64,000 bases of DNA from Escherichia coli (lineage in GTDB: Bacteria; Pseudomonadota; Gammaproteobacteria; Enterobacterales; Enterobacteriaceae). Shown piece by piece: positions 33,738 through 45,531 of the stretch. Positions within the stretch are counted from its first letter, which is position 1; every line of letters begins with the position of its first letter. The stretch lies in NCBI RefSeq assembly GCF_030384885.1, contig NZ_CP128613.1; one strand, written 5' to 3'. Under the pieces are notes generated by a model. The model saw only the letters and a list, made by a program, of their open reading frames with translations. It was not told the DNA's origin and searched no databases. The position numbers were made by a program, and so were the translations under genes.

Positions 33738-34100
33738 TCATTCATTCCCCATTTCGGTGATGGTCAGTTCCAGCCTCCCACCTTTGGTAACAGGCATCTT
33801 CACAACACGGTAATCAACGACCTGAGCATCATCCAGCCAGAAACCTGCTTTAGTGAGTGCGTCAAAAGCGGCTTTTTGCAGATTATCCAGGTCACGGCGA
33901 CGGCGATCCGGCATGTGGCACTCAATGCGGATTTTCACAGGCATAGCCAGGCCGATATCCAGCATTGCGTTTTTAATGATTCGGGCGACGTTATCGCGGT
34001 ATGCCTGCCCCTCTGCGCTGACGTGCGTGCGCCCGCGATTATGGCGGTAATAGCGATTATTGCTCGGAGGCCAGGGTAATGTGATGCTGTAGGTATTCAC
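33738..34100 (-). CDS. rusA: Holliday junction resolvase RusA
   Basis: 120-aa ORF matching recollection of RusA (..[31 protein letters not shown]..). Confidence 0.85.
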   Translation of the reverse strand: MNTYSITLPWPPSNNRYYRHNRGRTHVSAEGQAYRDNVARIIKNAMLDIGLAMPVKIRIECHMPDRRRRDLDNLQKAAFDALTKAGFWLDDAQVVDYRVVKMPVTKGGRLELTITEMGNE

Positions 34101-34387
34101 GCCTTAATAACCCCCTCTTTCAGCCAGATAACCTGTGTTCTCGCCATACCTTCCAGCGCGCATTCTTTTGCATATGCAGCATCGACAAAATGTGTGCGGC
34201 GGTCGATTTCGTCGTGGCAGGCAGAACATGCAATGGTGGCAATCAGGTCTGGCGGTTTGGTACCGGTGCCGCACAATCCAGTCAGCCGGATATGTGCCAG
34301 TACAGACGTTTCAGGGTTGCCATTACATACGCCAGGGATTCTTACCTGGCATTCCCGACTACGCGCTGCTTTTCTCAAATCAGCCAT
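34097..34387 (-). CDS. phage protein, Cys-rich (DUF1364/YbcO-like)
   Basis: 96 aa from [10 protein letters not shown]; four Cys; nin-region position. Confidence 0.5.
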   Translation of the reverse strand: MADLRKAARSRECQVRIPGVCNGNPETSVLAHIRLTGLCGTGTKPPDLIATIACSACHDEIDRRTHFVDAAYAKECALEGMARTQVIWLKEGVIKA

Positions 34388-34550
34388 GATTCCTCCTTGC
34401 TGCCAGTCGCAACCATTTTTTATCAACCAGGCTGGCGGTATATCCGAGCAGTGTTGGTATTTCGGAAGGCTTCAGCTCCGGTTTACGCTTACGACGATTT
34501 GGTACTCTGTAGATGTGTCCGTTCATGACACGAATAAGCGGTGTAGCCAT
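34380..34550 (-). CDS. NinE-like small protein (56 aa)
   Basis: [56 protein letters not shown]; stop overlaps next start; not in ORF track. Confidence 0.45.
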   Translation of the reverse strand: MATPLIRVMNGHIYRVPNRRKRKPELKPSEIPTLLGYTASLVDKKWLRLAARRNHG

Positions 34551-34831
34551 TACGCCTCCTGTTTGTCGCGGAGCTGCTGGAACTCGCAGCTCTGCGGAAT
34601 AGTCAGGTGGCAGCCAATATTCATCGCCCAGGCTTCAACCTTACACAGGAAGACATACATCTCTCCGGTATCAAGATCGGAGGTATGGCGTAACGACTGG
34701 ATAGTGGTGATATCACCGGTTACGACATCAACCAGGTCTTTGGTTTCATAACCGAGATATGTGTGTTTGAGAGCATCTTTTACCCAAGCTGGAGTGGCGA
34801 ACGTTTTACAGGCAACACGCAAAGACCCCAC
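34550..34831 (-). CDS. phage nin-region protein, possibly 5'-truncated
   Basis: 93-aa ORF abutting the integrase upstream region. Confidence 0.35.
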   Translation of the reverse strand: MGSLRVACKTFATPAWVKDALKHTYLGYETKDLVDVVTGDITTIQSLRHTSDLDTGEMYVFLCKVEAWAMNIGCHLTIPQSCEFQQLRDKQEA

Positions 34832-34942
34832 TAAACCAAAATCTCCTTACCTCACAACGCGACAAGCCTGCATTGCGGCGCTTCAGTCTCCGCTGCATAC
34901 TATCAAGGTGAGCGCGGGTGATGGCATAACAGAGGAAAGAAA

Positions 34943-36106
34943 ATGTCACTCTTCCGCAGAAGTGAAATATGGTACGCCAGTTTCACATTGCCGAACGGTA
35001 AAAGATTTAAACAGTCTCTTGGAACAAAGGACAAAAGGCAGGCGACAGAGCTCCATGACAAGCTAAAGGCTGAAGCATGGCGGGTCAGCAAACTTGGTGA
35101 AATACCTGATATGACGTTTGAGGAAGCGTGTGTCAGGTGGCTCGAAGAGAAAGCACATAAGAAATCACTGGACGATGACAAAAGCCGGATCGGATTCTGG
35201 CTTCAACATTTCGCAGGGATGCAACTAAGAGACATCACTGAATCAAAAATTTATTCAGCGATGCAGAAAATGACAAACCGGCGTCATGAGGAAAACTGGA
35301 AACTCAGGGCAGAAGCATGCAGAAAAAAAGGGAAACCTGTTCCAGAATACACGCCAAAACCAGCGTCCGTTGCAACGAAGGCTACGCATCTTTCATTTAT
35401 AAAGGCCCTGCTAAGAGCCGCAGAGCGTGAATGGAAAATGCTGGATAAGGCACCAATTATTAAAGTGCCTCAACCGAAGAATAAACGTATCCGCTGGCTG
35501 GAGCCTCATGAAGCACAAAGGCTGATTGATGAATGTCCGGAGCCATTAAAGTCTGTTGTTGAATTTGCACTGGCAACAGGCTTAAGACGCTCGAACATCA
35601 TCAACCTTGAATGGCAACAAATAGACATGCAGCGCCGGGTGGCATGGATAAACCCGGAAGAGAGTAAATCAAACCGCGCAATTGGCGTTGCGCTGAATGA
35701 TACTGCATGTCGCGTATTGAAAAAACAAATCGGGAATCATCACCGTTGGGTATTTGTATACAAGGAAAGCTGTACCAAACCAGACGGAACGAAAGCGCCA
35801 ACGGTCAGGAAGATGCGGTATGACGCAAACACAGCCTGGAAAGCGGCGCTGAGACGAGCAGGTATTGATGATTTCAGATTTCACGACTTGAGACACACCT
35901 GGGCAAGTTGGCTGGTTCAAGCCGGAGTCCCGTTGTCAGTGTTACAGGAAATGGGAGGCTGGGAGTCTATCGAAATGGTTCGTCGATATGCTCACCTCGC
36001 ACCTAATCACCTTACCGAACATGCACGGCAAATAGACTCGATCCTGAACCCATCGGTCCCAAATTTGTCCCAGTCAAAAAATAAGGAAGGTACTAATGAT
36101 GTGTAA
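34943..36106 (+). CDS. int: tyrosine integrase (P4/DLP12 IntD-like)
   Basis: 387-aa ORF with HDLRHT...YAHL catalytic tail, ending 15 bp before the tRNA 3' end. Confidence 0.9.
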   Translation: MSLFRRSEIWYASFTLPNGKRFKQSLGTKDKRQATELHDKLKAEAWRVSKLGEIPDMTFEEACVRWLEEKAHKKSLDDDKSRIGFWLQHFAGMQLRDITESKIYSAMQKMTNRRHEENWKLRAEACRKKGKPVPEYTPKPASVATKATHLSFIKALLRAAEREWKMLDKAPIIKVPQPKNKRIRWLEPHEAQRLIDECPEPLKSVVEFALATGLRRSNIINLEWQQIDMQRRVAWINPEESKSNRAIGVALNDTACRVLKKQIGNHHRWVFVYKESCTKPDGTKAPTVRKMRYDANTAWKAALRRAGIDDFRFHDLRHTWASWLVQAGVPLSVLQEMGGWESIEMVRRYAHLAPNHLTEHARQIDSILNPSVPNLSQSKNKEGTNDV

Positions 36107-36166
36107 CTTATTGATTTAAATGGTGCCGATAATAGGAGTCGAACCTACGACCTTCGCATTACGAAT
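36105..36166. repeat. right 62-bp direct repeat (att copy overlapping tRNA-Thr 3' end)
   Basis: Identical to 22852-22913. Confidence 0.8.
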
Positions 36167-36196
36167 GCGCTGCTCTACCAACTGAGCTATATCGGC
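36121..36196 (-). tRNA. thrW: tRNA-Thr (anticodon CGU)
   Basis: Reverse complement reads GCCGATATAGCTCAGTTGGTAGAGCAGCGCATTCGTAATGCGAAGGTCGTAGGTTCGACTCCTATTATCGGCACCA; cloverleaf-compatible, CCA end. Confidence 0.9.
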
Positions 36197-36310
36197 CCTG
36201 AAAGGACATGTTCACGAGCGTGAATCACGGTGGACAAGGTTAAAACTAACCGGGCGATGCGTCAATGGCCTTGTGAATCAAATGGCTACTTTTGCATCAC
36301 CCGGTTTTAT

Positions 36311-37564
36311 TTACGCACGAATGGTGTAATCACCAATGCCGATCCACTTGTAAGTGGTCAGTGCTTCCAGCCCCATTGGGCCACGCGCGTGGAGTTTTTG
36401 TGTGCTTACCGCCACTTCCGCACCCAGACCAAACTGGCCGCCGTCGGTAAAACGCGTAGAGGCGTTAACGTAAACAGCGGACGAATCCACTTCGTTAACA
36501 AAACGCTGGGCATTACGCATATCGCGGGTCAGGATCGCATCGGAGTGTTGCGTACCGTGTTCACGAATATGGGCGATGGCATCGTCAAGATCGCTGACGA
36601 TTTTGACGTTCAAGTCTAATGACAGGAACTCATCGTCATACTCTTCGGCTTTAACAGCCACCACCTTCGCGGGGCCTGCCTGCAACTGCGCCAGCGCAGT
36701 TGCGTCAGCGTGTAATGTCACGCAGCTTTCCGCCATTTGCTTGCTTAATGCGGGCAGGAAGCTATCTGCGATGTTTTTATTTACCAGCAACGTTTCTACC
36801 GTATTACACGTGCTCGGGCGCTGAGTTTTCGCGTTGACAATCACTTTCAATGCTTCAGCGATCTCTGCACTTTCATCAACGTAAATATGGCATACGCCTA
36901 TACCACCTGTGATTACCGGAATCGTCGACTGTTCGCGGCACAGTTTATGCAACCCAGCCCCGCCGCGTGGGATCAGCATGTCGATGTATTTATCCATACG
37001 CAGCAGTTCACTGACCAGCGCACGGTCAGGATTATCAATCGCCTGCACGGCACCCGCCGGTAAACCGCAGGATTTCAGGGCGTCCTGAATCACCGCCACC
37101 GTTGCAGCGTTAGTGCGACAGGTTTCTTTGCCGCCGCGCAGGATCACCGCGTTACCGGTTTTCAGGCACAGTGAAGCAACATCAACCGTCACGTTCGGGC
37201 GCGCTTCATAAATTACACCAATCACCCCCAGCGGTACGCGACGGCGTTCCAGACGCAGGCCGCTGTCCAGCACCCCGCCATCAATTACCTGCCCCACTGG
37301 ATCGGCGAGGTTACATACCTGGCGCACATCATCGGCAATGCTTTTCAGCCGTGCGGGCGTCAGTGCCAGGCGGTCAAGCATCGCTTCGCTAAGGCCATTG
37401 GCACGCGCGTCAGCAACATCCTGGGCATTAGCATTGAGGATGCTTTCGCTTTGTGCTTCCAGTTCATCGGCGATTTTTTCCAGCACGCGATTTTTTTCGC
37501 GACTGGAGAGTTGCGCTAAATTATACGAGGCTTGCTTCGCGGCAATGCCCATTTGTTCCAGCAT
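36311..37564 (-). CDS. proA: gamma-glutamyl phosphate reductase
   Basis: 417-aa ORF, recognised ProA sequence. Confidence 0.95.
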   Translation of the reverse strand: MLEQMGIAAKQASYNLAQLSSREKNRVLEKIADELEAQSESILNANAQDVADARANGLSEAMLDRLALTPARLKSIADDVRQVCNLADPVGQVIDGGVLDSGLRLERRRVPLGVIGVIYEARPNVTVDVASLCLKTGNAVILRGGKETCRTNAATVAVIQDALKSCGLPAGAVQAIDNPDRALVSELLRMDKYIDMLIPRGGAGLHKLCREQSTIPVITGGIGVCHIYVDESAEIAEALKVIVNAKTQRPSTCNTVETLLVNKNIADSFLPALSKQMAESCVTLHADATALAQLQAGPAKVVAVKAEEYDDEFLSLDLNVKIVSDLDDAIAHIREHGTQHSDAILTRDMRNAQRFVNEVDSSAVYVNASTRFTDGGQFGLGAEVAVSTQKLHARGPMGLEALTTYKWIGIGDYTIRA

Positions 37565-37574
37565 CGGCTGCTCC

Positions 37575-38678
37575 TTAACGGGTAATCATATCATCACGGT
37601 GAACGGCAACCGGGCCGTATTCATATCCCAGTATTGCATCAATTTCTTGCGAGTGATGTCCGGCAATACGGCGTAATGCATCGCTGTTGTAACGACTGAC
37701 GCCGTGGGCGATATCGCGACCTTCAAGGTTGCAAATGCGAATGACTTCACCACGCGAGAAGTTGCCGGTTACGCTTTTAATGCCTTTCGGCAACAGGGAG
37801 CTGCCGCGTTCAAGAATGGCGGCGGTTGCCCCTTCATCTACCGTGATTTCACCCGCAGGCGGCGCACCGAAAATCCAACGTTTGCGGTTTTCAAGCGGAG
37901 TCGCCTGGGCATGGAACAGCGTACCGACGGAAATACCTTCCATCACATCACCAATGACACCCGGCTTACTGCCCGCGGCAATAATGGTGTCGATACCCGC
38001 ACGGCAAGCCACGTCAGCGGCCTGCAATTTAGTGCTCATGCCGCCGGTTCCAAGACCTGAAACGCTATCACCGGCAATCGCGCGCAGTGCGTCATCAATG
38101 CCGTACACATCTTTAATCAGTTCTGCCTGCGGATTGCTACGCGGGTCAGCGGTATACAAACCTTTTTGATCGGTCAGCAACAACAGTTTATCGGCACCTG
38201 CCAGAATCGCCGCCAGTGCCGAAAGGTTATCGTTATCGCCGACTTTAATCTCTGCAGTAGCGACAGCATCGTTCTCATTGATTACCGGAACGATGTTGTT
38301 ATCGAGCAGTGCACGCAAGGTGTCGCGGGCGTTCAGGAAGCGTTCACGGTCCTCCATATCAGCACGAGTTAGCAGCATCTGCCCGACGTGAATACCATAA
38401 ATCGAAAACAGCTGTTCCCACAGTTGAATCAGTCGACTCTGCCCTACCGCCGCCAGAAGTTGTTTCGAGGCGATAGTCGCTGGCAGTTCCGGGTAACCCA
38501 GGTGCTCACGTCCGGCGGCAATCGCACCCGACGTCACAATTACAATCCGATGCCCGGCGGCATGTAGCTGCGCACACTGGCGAACAAGTTCAACGATATG
38601 GGCACGGTTCAGGCGGCGCGATCCGCCTGTTAGCACACTGGTGCCGAGTTTTACCACCAGCGTCTGGCTGTCACTCAT
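37575..38678 (-). CDS. proB: glutamate 5-kinase
   Basis: 367 aa from [16 protein letters not shown]; ORF-track start lies upstream. Confidence 0.95.
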
Positions 38679-38965
38679 GATTCTCTGCCATTCAATTTTA
38701 GGGAAAATGATATCAAACGAACGTTTTAGCAGGACTGTCGCCGGTTGCCAACCATCTGCAAGCAAAGCATGGCGTTTTGTTGCGCGGGATCAGCAAGCGT
38801 AGCGGCAGTTGTTTACGCTTTTATTACAGATTTAATAAATTACCACATTTTAAGAATATCATTAATCTGTAATATATCTTTAACAATCTCAGGTTAAAAA
38901 CTTTCCTGTTTTCAACGGGGCTCTCCCGCTGAATATTCGCGCGTTAATTAAAATCAGGAATGAAA

Positions 38966-40021
38966 ATGAAAAAGAGCACTCTGGCATTAGTGGTGATGGG
39001 CATTGTGGCATCGGCATCCGTACAGGCCGCAGAAATATATAACAAAGACGGTAATAAACTGGATATCTATGGCAAAGTTAAAGCCATGCATTATATGAGC
39101 GATAATGACAGTAAAGATGGCGACCAAAGTTATATTCGTTTTGGTTTTAAAGGCGAAACACAAATTAACGATCAACTGACCGGTTATGGTCGCTGGGAAG
39201 CAGAGTTTGCCGGAAATAAAGCAGAGAGTGATACTGCTCAGCAAAAAACGCGTCTTGCCTTTGCCGGGTTGAAATATAAAGATTTGGGTTCTTTCGACTA
39301 TGGTCGTAACCTGGGGGCGCTGTATGACGTGGAAGCATGGACCGATATGTTCCCGGAATTCGGCGGCGATTCCTCCGCGCAGACCGACAACTTTATGACC
39401 AAACGCGCCAGCGGTCTGGCAACGTATCGGAACACCGACTTCTTCGGCGTTATCGATGGCCTGAACTTAACCCTGCAATATCAAGGAAAAAACGAAAACC
39501 GCGACGTTAAAAAGCAAAACGGTGATGGCTTCGGCACGTCATTGACATATGACTTTGGCGGCAGCGATTTTGCCATTAGTGGGGCCTATACCAACTCCGA
39601 TCGCACCAACGAGCAGAACCTGCAAAGCCGTGGCACGGGCAAGCGTGCAGAAGCATGGGCAACAGGCCTGAAATACGATGCCAATAATATTTACCTGGCA
39701 ACTTTCTATTCTGAAACGCGTAAAATGACGCCAATCTCTGGCGGCTTTGCCAATAAGACGCAGAACTTTGAAGCAGTCGCTCAATACCAATTCGACTTTG
39801 GCCTGCGTCCATCGCTGGGTTATGTCTTATCGAAAGGGAAAGATATTGAGGGCATCGGTGATGAGGATCTGGTCAATTATATTGATATCGGTGCTACATA
39901 TTATTTCAACAAAAATATGTCAGCGTTTGTTGATTATAAAATAAACCAACTGGACAGCGATAACAAATTAAATATTAATAATGATGATATTGTCGCGGTT
40001 GGGATGACCTATCAGTTTTAA
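38966..40021 (+). CDS. phoE: phosphate-starvation outer-membrane porin
   Basis: 351 aa from [21 protein letters not shown]. Confidence 0.95.
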   Translation: MKKSTLALVVMGIVASASVQAAEIYNKDGNKLDIYGKVKAMHYMSDNDSKDGDQSYIRFGFKGETQINDQLTGYGRWEAEFAGNKAESDTAQQKTRLAFAGLKYKDLGSFDYGRNLGALYDVEAWTDMFPEFGGDSSAQTDNFMTKRASGLATYRNTDFFGVIDGLNLTLQYQGKNENRDVKKQNGDGFGTSLTYDFGGSDFAISGAYTNSDRTNEQNLQSRGTGKRAEAWATGLKYDANNIYLATFYSETRKMTPISGGFANKTQNFEAVAQYQFDFGLRPSLGYVLSKGKDIEGIGDEDLVNYIDIGATYYFNKNMSAFVDYKINQLDSDNKLNINNDDIVAVGMTYQF

Positions 40022-40029
40022 TGGAGATT

Positions 40030-40056
40030 GCCGGATGCGGCGCATCCGGCACTTTT
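40030..40056 (+). terminator. phoE terminator
   Basis: GCCGGATGC-GGC-GCATCCGGC hairpin then ACTTTTC. Confidence 0.5.
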
Positions 40057-40059
40057 CAC

Positions 40060-40518
<459 letters not shown>

Positions 40519-41763
40519 TTAACACAATCGTTTTTCGATCCAGCTCGTGATTTCCTGAAGACCTTTGTCAAAATTCCGATACACGGGGTTAAACGGAATC
40601 TCTAACAATTTACCATCAGCAGATGATGAGGTGATTAAGCGAGAGTCCTCTTCCGGGCTGAACGGATCGTTCTTCCAATAGCCTGATAACATTGGCGTTG
40701 GGCAGCGACGGCCCAGCAATCCTTGCACTTTTAATGAATAACGATTCAGTTCCACACGCAACGCTTCATCGGAAGCATCATGCATCCCCAAACGACTCGC
40801 CAGAACGTCAAGATACATTTCCGGCACCTGTTGCTGGCACTTAAAATCACTCAACAGGGTATGAACTACCGGACCAAGACAGGCAACCGCTTTCAGACGC
40901 GGCGATTCAAGATATGCCAGACGCACAGCAACGTTAGCGCCAAAACGGAAACCAAAGGCCGCGACACGGGTGTGATCCACCCACGGGACGTTAGGCAGCG
41001 CCTTTAAGACGTGCTGATGCAACAGGCTGGAGTCCTGGGTGAGCTTCCATTTTGAAGAAAAGCCCACCGACGGCATATCAATAGTCAGCATCGCAATGCC
41101 GCGCGGGGCAAAATAACGTTCATACAGACTGTAATAATCCGTCTGCATCGCATCCAGACCACCACACATTAATACCGTCGGGAACGGGCCATCGCCTTTC
41201 GGCATATGCAAAAAGCCGGTGATGGGCGCACCGCCTGGTACGGTAAACTCCATCTGCCGCATCGTGCCCGGCAGACGTTGGGCGGCCTCTTCATAGGCAC
41301 GGTTTGACAAAGCCTGCGCTTGCTCGGCCAGGTCATCCCCTTTCAGATGAGGATAGGCGGCAATGTTGTACAACGTGGCCGCATGCAGCCAGTGACGACC
41401 ACTGAGTTGTGGATCTTCTTCCGCACAAGCTTTTTGTTGCCACACCATCGCCTGGGTGGCCCATTCATAAATCCAGTTGCCGCCGCGGTAGCCAATCACC
41501 GTATCGTATAAATCATCGTCGGTACGTTCAGCATCGCTCATCACAATACGCGCCTGAACGTCGAGGATTTCACGTGGGTCAATGCCGCGCCAGATCCACA
41601 TCAGACGGTTTATCATGCGATACCAGTGGGGGATGGTTTTACCATCAAGGGCCGACTGCACAGGCGGTTGTGCGCCGTGATTAAAGCGGCGGACTAGCGT
41701 CGAGGTTTCAGGATGTTTAAAGCGGGGTTTGAACAGGGTTTCGCTCAGGTTTGCCTGTGTCAT
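40519..41763 (-). CDS. frsA: fermentation/respiration switch esterase
   Basis: 414-aa ORF recognised. Confidence 0.95.
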   Translation of the reverse strand: MTQANLSETLFKPRFKHPETSTLVRRFNHGAQPPVQSALDGKTIPHWYRMINRLMWIWRGIDPREILDVQARIVMSDAERTDDDLYDTVIGYRGGNWIYEWATQAMVWQQKACAEEDPQLSGRHWLHAATLYNIAAYPHLKGDDLAEQAQALSNRAYEEAAQRLPGTMRQMEFTVPGGAPITGFLHMPKGDGPFPTVLMCGGLDAMQTDYYSLYERYFAPRGIAMLTIDMPSVGFSSKWKLTQDSSLLHQHVLKALPNVPWVDHTRVAAFGFRFGANVAVRLAYLESPRLKAVACLGPVVHTLLSDFKCQQQVPEMYLDVLASRLGMHDASDEALRVELNRYSLKVQGLLGRRCPTPMLSGYWKNDPFSPEEDSRLITSSSADGKLLEIPFNPVYRNFDKGLQEITSWIEKRLC

Positions 41764-41854
41764 GGATGCAGCCTCCAGAATACTTACTGGAAACTATTGT
41801 AACCTGCCTGAAGTTAAAAAGAACAACGCCCGGCAGTGCCAGGCGTTGAAAAGA

Positions 41855-42313
41855 TTAGCGACCGGAGATTGGCGGGACGAATACGACGCCCATATCCCAC
41901 GGTTGTTCAATCCAGGTATCTTGTGGGATATCAACAACATAATCATCAACCAGCGGACGACCTGCCGGTTTAGCGAAGATGGTGACAAAGTGCGCTTTTG
42001 GATACATTTCACGAATCGCAACTGCAGTACCGCCGGTATCCACCAGATCATCAATAACGATGAAGCCTTCGCCATCGCCTTCTGCGCGTTTCAGCACTTT
42101 AAGCTCGCGCTGGTTGTCGTGATCGTAGCTGGAAATACAAACGGTATCGACATGACGAATACCCAGTTCACGCGCCAGTAACGCACCCGGTACCAGACCG
42201 CCACGGCTTACGGCAATAATGCCTTTCCATTGTTCAGAAGGCATCAGTCGGCTTGCGAGTTTACGTGCATGGATCTGCAACATGTCCCAGGTGACGATGT
42301 ATTTTTCGCTCAT
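41855..42313 (-). CDS. gpt: xanthine-guanine phosphoribosyltransferase
   Basis: 152-aa ORF recognised. Confidence 0.95.
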
Positions 42314-42573
42314 GTGAAGTGTCCCAGCCTGTTTATCTACGGCTTAAAAAGTGTTCGAGGGGAAAATAGGTTGCGCGAGATTATAGAGATCTGACGCACT
42401 AAAAACCAGTATTTCACATGAGTCCGCGTCTTTTTACGCACAGCCTCTCCCTGACGCGGGATAAAGTGGTATTCTCAAACATATCTCGCAAGCCTGTCTT
42501 GTGTTGACAACATTTTCTGCTAACCCTGTGACCTGCAATACTGTTTTGCGGGTGATCGACAAGGAGACTTAAC

Positions 42574-44031
42574 GTGTCTGAACTGTCTCAATTATCTCCA
42601 CAGCCGCTGTGGGATATTTTTGCCAAAATCTGTTCTATTCCTCACCCGTCCTATCATGAAGAGCAACTCGCTGAATACATTGTTGGTTGGGCAAAAGAGA
42701 AAGGTTTCCATGTCGAACGCGATCAGGTGGGTAATATCCTGATTCGTAAACCTGCTACCGCAGGTATGGAAAATCGTAAACCAGTCGTCTTGCAGGCCCA
42801 CCTCGATATGGTGCCGCAGAAAAATAACGATACCGTGCACGATTTCACTAAAGATCCTATCCAGCCTTATATTGATGGCGAATGGGTTAAAGCGCGCGGT
42901 ACCACGCTGGGCGCGGATAACGGCATTGGTATGGCCTCTGCACTGGCGGTTCTGGCTGACGAAAACGTGGTTCACGGCCCGCTGGAAGTGCTGCTAACCA
43001 TGACCGAAGAAGCCGGTATGGACGGGGCGTTCGGCTTACAGAGCAACTGGTTACAGGCTGACATTCTGATTAACACCGACTCCGAAGAAGAAGGTGAAAT
43101 CTACATGGGTTGTGCTGGGGGTATCGACTTCACCTCCAACCTGCATTTAGATCGTGAAGCCGTTCCGGCTGGTTTTGAAACCTTCAAATTAACCTTAAAA
43201 GGTCTGAAAGGCGGTCACTCCGGCGGTGAAATCCACGTTGGCCTGGGTAACGCGAACAAACTGCTGGTGCGCTTCCTTGCGGGACATGCAGAAGAACTGG
43301 ACCTGCGTCTTATCGATTTCAACGGCGGCACACTGCGTAACGCCATCCCGCGTGAAGCCTTTGCGACCATTGCTGTCGCAGCTGATAAAGTCGACGCGCT
43401 GAAAACGCTGGTGAATACCTATCAGGACATCCTGAAAAACGAGCTGGCAGAGAAAGAGAAAAATCTGGCCTTGTTGCTGGACTCTGTTGCGAACGATAAA
43501 GCTGCCCTGATTGCGAAATCTCGCGATACCTTTATTCGTCTGTTGAACGCCACCCCTAACGGTGTGATCCGCAACTCCGACGTAGCAAAAGGCGTGGTTG
43601 AAACCTCACTGAACGTCGGTGTCGTGACCATGACCGACAACAACGTAGAAATTCACTGCCTGATCCGTTCTCTGATCGACAGCGGTAAAGACTACGTGGT
43701 GAGCATGCTGGATTCGCTGGGTAAACTGGCAGGCGCGAAAACCGAAGCGAAAGGCGCATATCCTGGCTGGCAGCCGGACGCTAATTCTCCGGTGATGCAT
43801 CTGGTACGTGAAACCTATCAGCGCCTGTTCAACAAGACGCCGAACATCCAGATTATTCACGCGGGCCTGGAATGTGGTCTGTTCAAAAAACCGTATCCGG
43901 AAATGGACATGGTTTCTATCGGGCCAACCATCACCGGTCCACACTCTCCGGATGAGCAAGTTCACATCGAAAGCGTAGGCCATTACTGGACACTGCTGAC
44001 AGAACTGCTGAAAGAAATTCCGGCGAAGTAA
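42574..44031 (+). CDS. pepD: cytosol non-specific dipeptidase (aminoacyl-histidine dipeptidase)
   Basis: 485-aa ORF recognised. Confidence 0.95.
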   Translation: MSELSQLSPQPLWDIFAKICSIPHPSYHEEQLAEYIVGWAKEKGFHVERDQVGNILIRKPATAGMENRKPVVLQAHLDMVPQKNNDTVHDFTKDPIQPYIDGEWVKARGTTLGADNGIGMASALAVLADENVVHGPLEVLLTMTEEAGMDGAFGLQSNWLQADILINTDSEEEGEIYMGCAGGIDFTSNLHLDREAVPAGFETFKLTLKGLKGGHSGGEIHVGLGNANKLLVRFLAGHAEELDLRLIDFNGGTLRNAIPREAFATIAVAADKVDALKTLVNTYQDILKNELAEKEKNLALLLDSVANDKAALIAKSRDTFIRLLNATPNGVIRNSDVAKGVVETSLNVGVVTMTDNNVEIHCLIRSLIDSGKDYVVSMLDSLGKLAGAKTEAKGAYPGWQPDANSPVMHLVRETYQRLFNKTPNIQIIHAGLECGLFKKPYPEMDMVSIGPTITGPHSPDEQVHIESVGHYWTLLTELLKEIPAK

Positions 44032-44041
44032 TTACAATAAT

Positions 44042-44071
44042 GTCCACGCCTGCGGGCGTGGACTACTGTTT
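44042..44071 (+). terminator. pepD terminator
   Basis: GTCCACGCC-TGCGG-GCGTGGAC hairpin then T-rich tail. Confidence 0.5.
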
Positions 44072-44078
44072 GAAGCCA

Positions 44079-44321
44079 ATGGCTATCTATATCGAAATAA
44101 CAAAACATTATGAAACTCATGAAAAGGTCGCATATTTATATAGCTGCGACCATATTTCATGGGGAGAATTTCTGATCACCAAAGAAAGTTTTGCGCTGGA
44201 ATCCGTGAAAGAACTTAAGGGTGAAAAGCAGAATTTTTATATGTTCAGAGCCTGGGGCAAAGTCAGGAAAACATACTTAGCCACGGGAGAATTTCCCCAG
44301 GAAACATGTTACGCCGCTTAA
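44079..44321 (+). CDS. hypothetical small protein (low confidence)
   Basis: About 80-aa AT-rich ORF after pepD terminator; no motif. Confidence 0.2.
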   Translation: MAIYIEITKHYETHEKVAYLYSCDHISWGEFLITKESFALESVKELKGEKQNFYMFRAWGKVRKTYLATGEFPQETCYAA

Positions 44322-44329
44322 AGTCAGAA

Positions 44330-44854
44330 TCATTTTTTCACGCGTTTTACATTTACCATTTTAGCATTACGCCTGCACCACATGGCAATGGCGGCAGCTA
44401 CTAATGCCAGTTCCAGTAAAAACGACCAGTGTAATAAAAAATTGAGCCACCACGGATGATGTACCGCCGTAATATGAAAGAGTGCAAAGGGTTGGTTAAC
44501 GAAAGGCATCAACCACCAGATATCACCGACCAGCGTATCAAGCAACAAATGCACAATACCATTCAGGCAAAACACCACGCCCAGCCACGCCGGAAGTTTA
44601 TTCTTCGCAATTGCGGCCCAGACTAATGTCGCCGCCAGCAGAGCAAACCATAATAATGGCCAATGAGACGGGTAAAGATGATGATGTCGTTGCCCGTTAT
44701 CCACCAGATAACACCAGAAGAGATCAAAATCGGGTGCAACGGCCCCGACTAAGCCAATAACCATCGCCCACCGCGCATGACGAGAAATCAGCGGTAGGCG
44801 TTTCACTAAAGTACAAGTTATTAAATATCCAGCCGGAAGATGACCGATAAACAT
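44330..44854 (-). CDS. membrane-bound metal-dependent hydrolase-like protein (YdjM/DUF457-like)
   Basis: Hydrophobic His-rich ORF; start chosen at Met with AAAGGA RBS (alternative Met at 44869). Confidence 0.55.
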   Translation of the reverse strand: MFIGHLPAGYLITCTLVKRLPLISRHARWAMVIGLVGAVAPDFDLFWCYLVDNGQRHHHLYPSHWPLLWFALLAATLVWAAIAKNKLPAWLGVVFCLNGIVHLLLDTLVGDIWWLMPFVNQPFALFHITAVHHPWWLNFLLHWSFLLELALVAAAIAMWCRRNAKMVNVKRVKK

Positions 44855-44916
44855 GACGAATCCTTTCATTTTTGCCCGCCGCTTTCACGAAGAAAACGGC
44901 GGGTGACATTCCTCTA

Positions 44917-45531
44917 TTACACAGCGATAAAAGCCATCCCTGTAAACGTCCGTCGCGGGTTGCCACGTTCAATCTGGTGATGGAACATTCGCCGCTGCGA
45001 TTTCAGCGCCGCGCTATTTTCCTGTCGCTGTTGTTCCAGCTTCCAGGCAATCAGTAATCGCGCCAGCCGTTTGTTAGCATGCTGGCTGCGCTCTGACTGA
45101 ACCTTCACGCTAATCCCGGATGCCAGATGCGTGGCGCGTACCGCCGAGTCGGTTTTATTGACATGTTGACCGCCCGGCCCCGACGAACGCAGCGTCTCAT
45201 AATGGATCGCATCGGATTGCTCCTGCTCATCTGAAGTAAAACGCCCAATGCCCAGAAACCAGTTTTTGCGCCCATGATGAGGGCGATACGGACTCGGACA
45301 AATCCACTGGATAGTGCCACACCAGCTTTCGCTTAGTGCCCATGCGTTGTCGCCATCAAGTGAAACCAGCGCCGAACGCAGTGTGTCAGAGTAGCGACCC
45401 GTTTCTGTTTCCAGCACCGTTACCGCGACGTCTTGTCGGGCAGCTTCTTTAATCAGCCTGTCCAGTGCCTTTTTCACTGCGAGACAACATTCTTCCGGCC
45501 CCTGAGCTGAGGAGAGTTGTAGCAAGATCAT
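44917..45531 (-). CDS. prfH: peptide chain release factor homologue PrfH
   Basis: 204 aa from MILLQ; contains [16 protein letters not shown] (GGQ motif); start overlaps rtcB stop (ATGA). Confidence 0.85.
   Translation of the reverse strand: MILLQLSSAQGPEECCLAVKKALDRLIKEAARQDVAVTVLETETGRYSDTLRSALVSLDGDNAWALSESWCGTIQWICPSPYRPHHGRKNWFLGIGRFTSDEQEQSDAIHYETLRSSGPGGQHVNKTDSAVRATHLASGISVKVQSERSQHANKRLARLLIAWKLEQQRQENSAALKSQRRMFHHQIERGNPRRTFTGMAFIAV

Larger units (their letters stand above)
22852..36166. mobile_element. degraded mosaic lambdoid prophage integrated at tRNA-Thr (thrW)
   Basis: Bounded by 62-bp direct repeats; integrase next to tRNA; phage late/lysis/packaging genes present; replication, head and tail genes absent. 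Confidence 0.8.

Noticed and set aside
38679-38765. N-terminal extension of proB in the ORF track (396 aa)
   Set aside because: Conserved ProB begins at [10 protein letters not shown]; extension lacks an RBS and is not conserved
44855-44916. Possible LexA box upstream of the membrane hydrolase-like gene
   Set aside because: CTGT present but no correctly spaced ACAG partner
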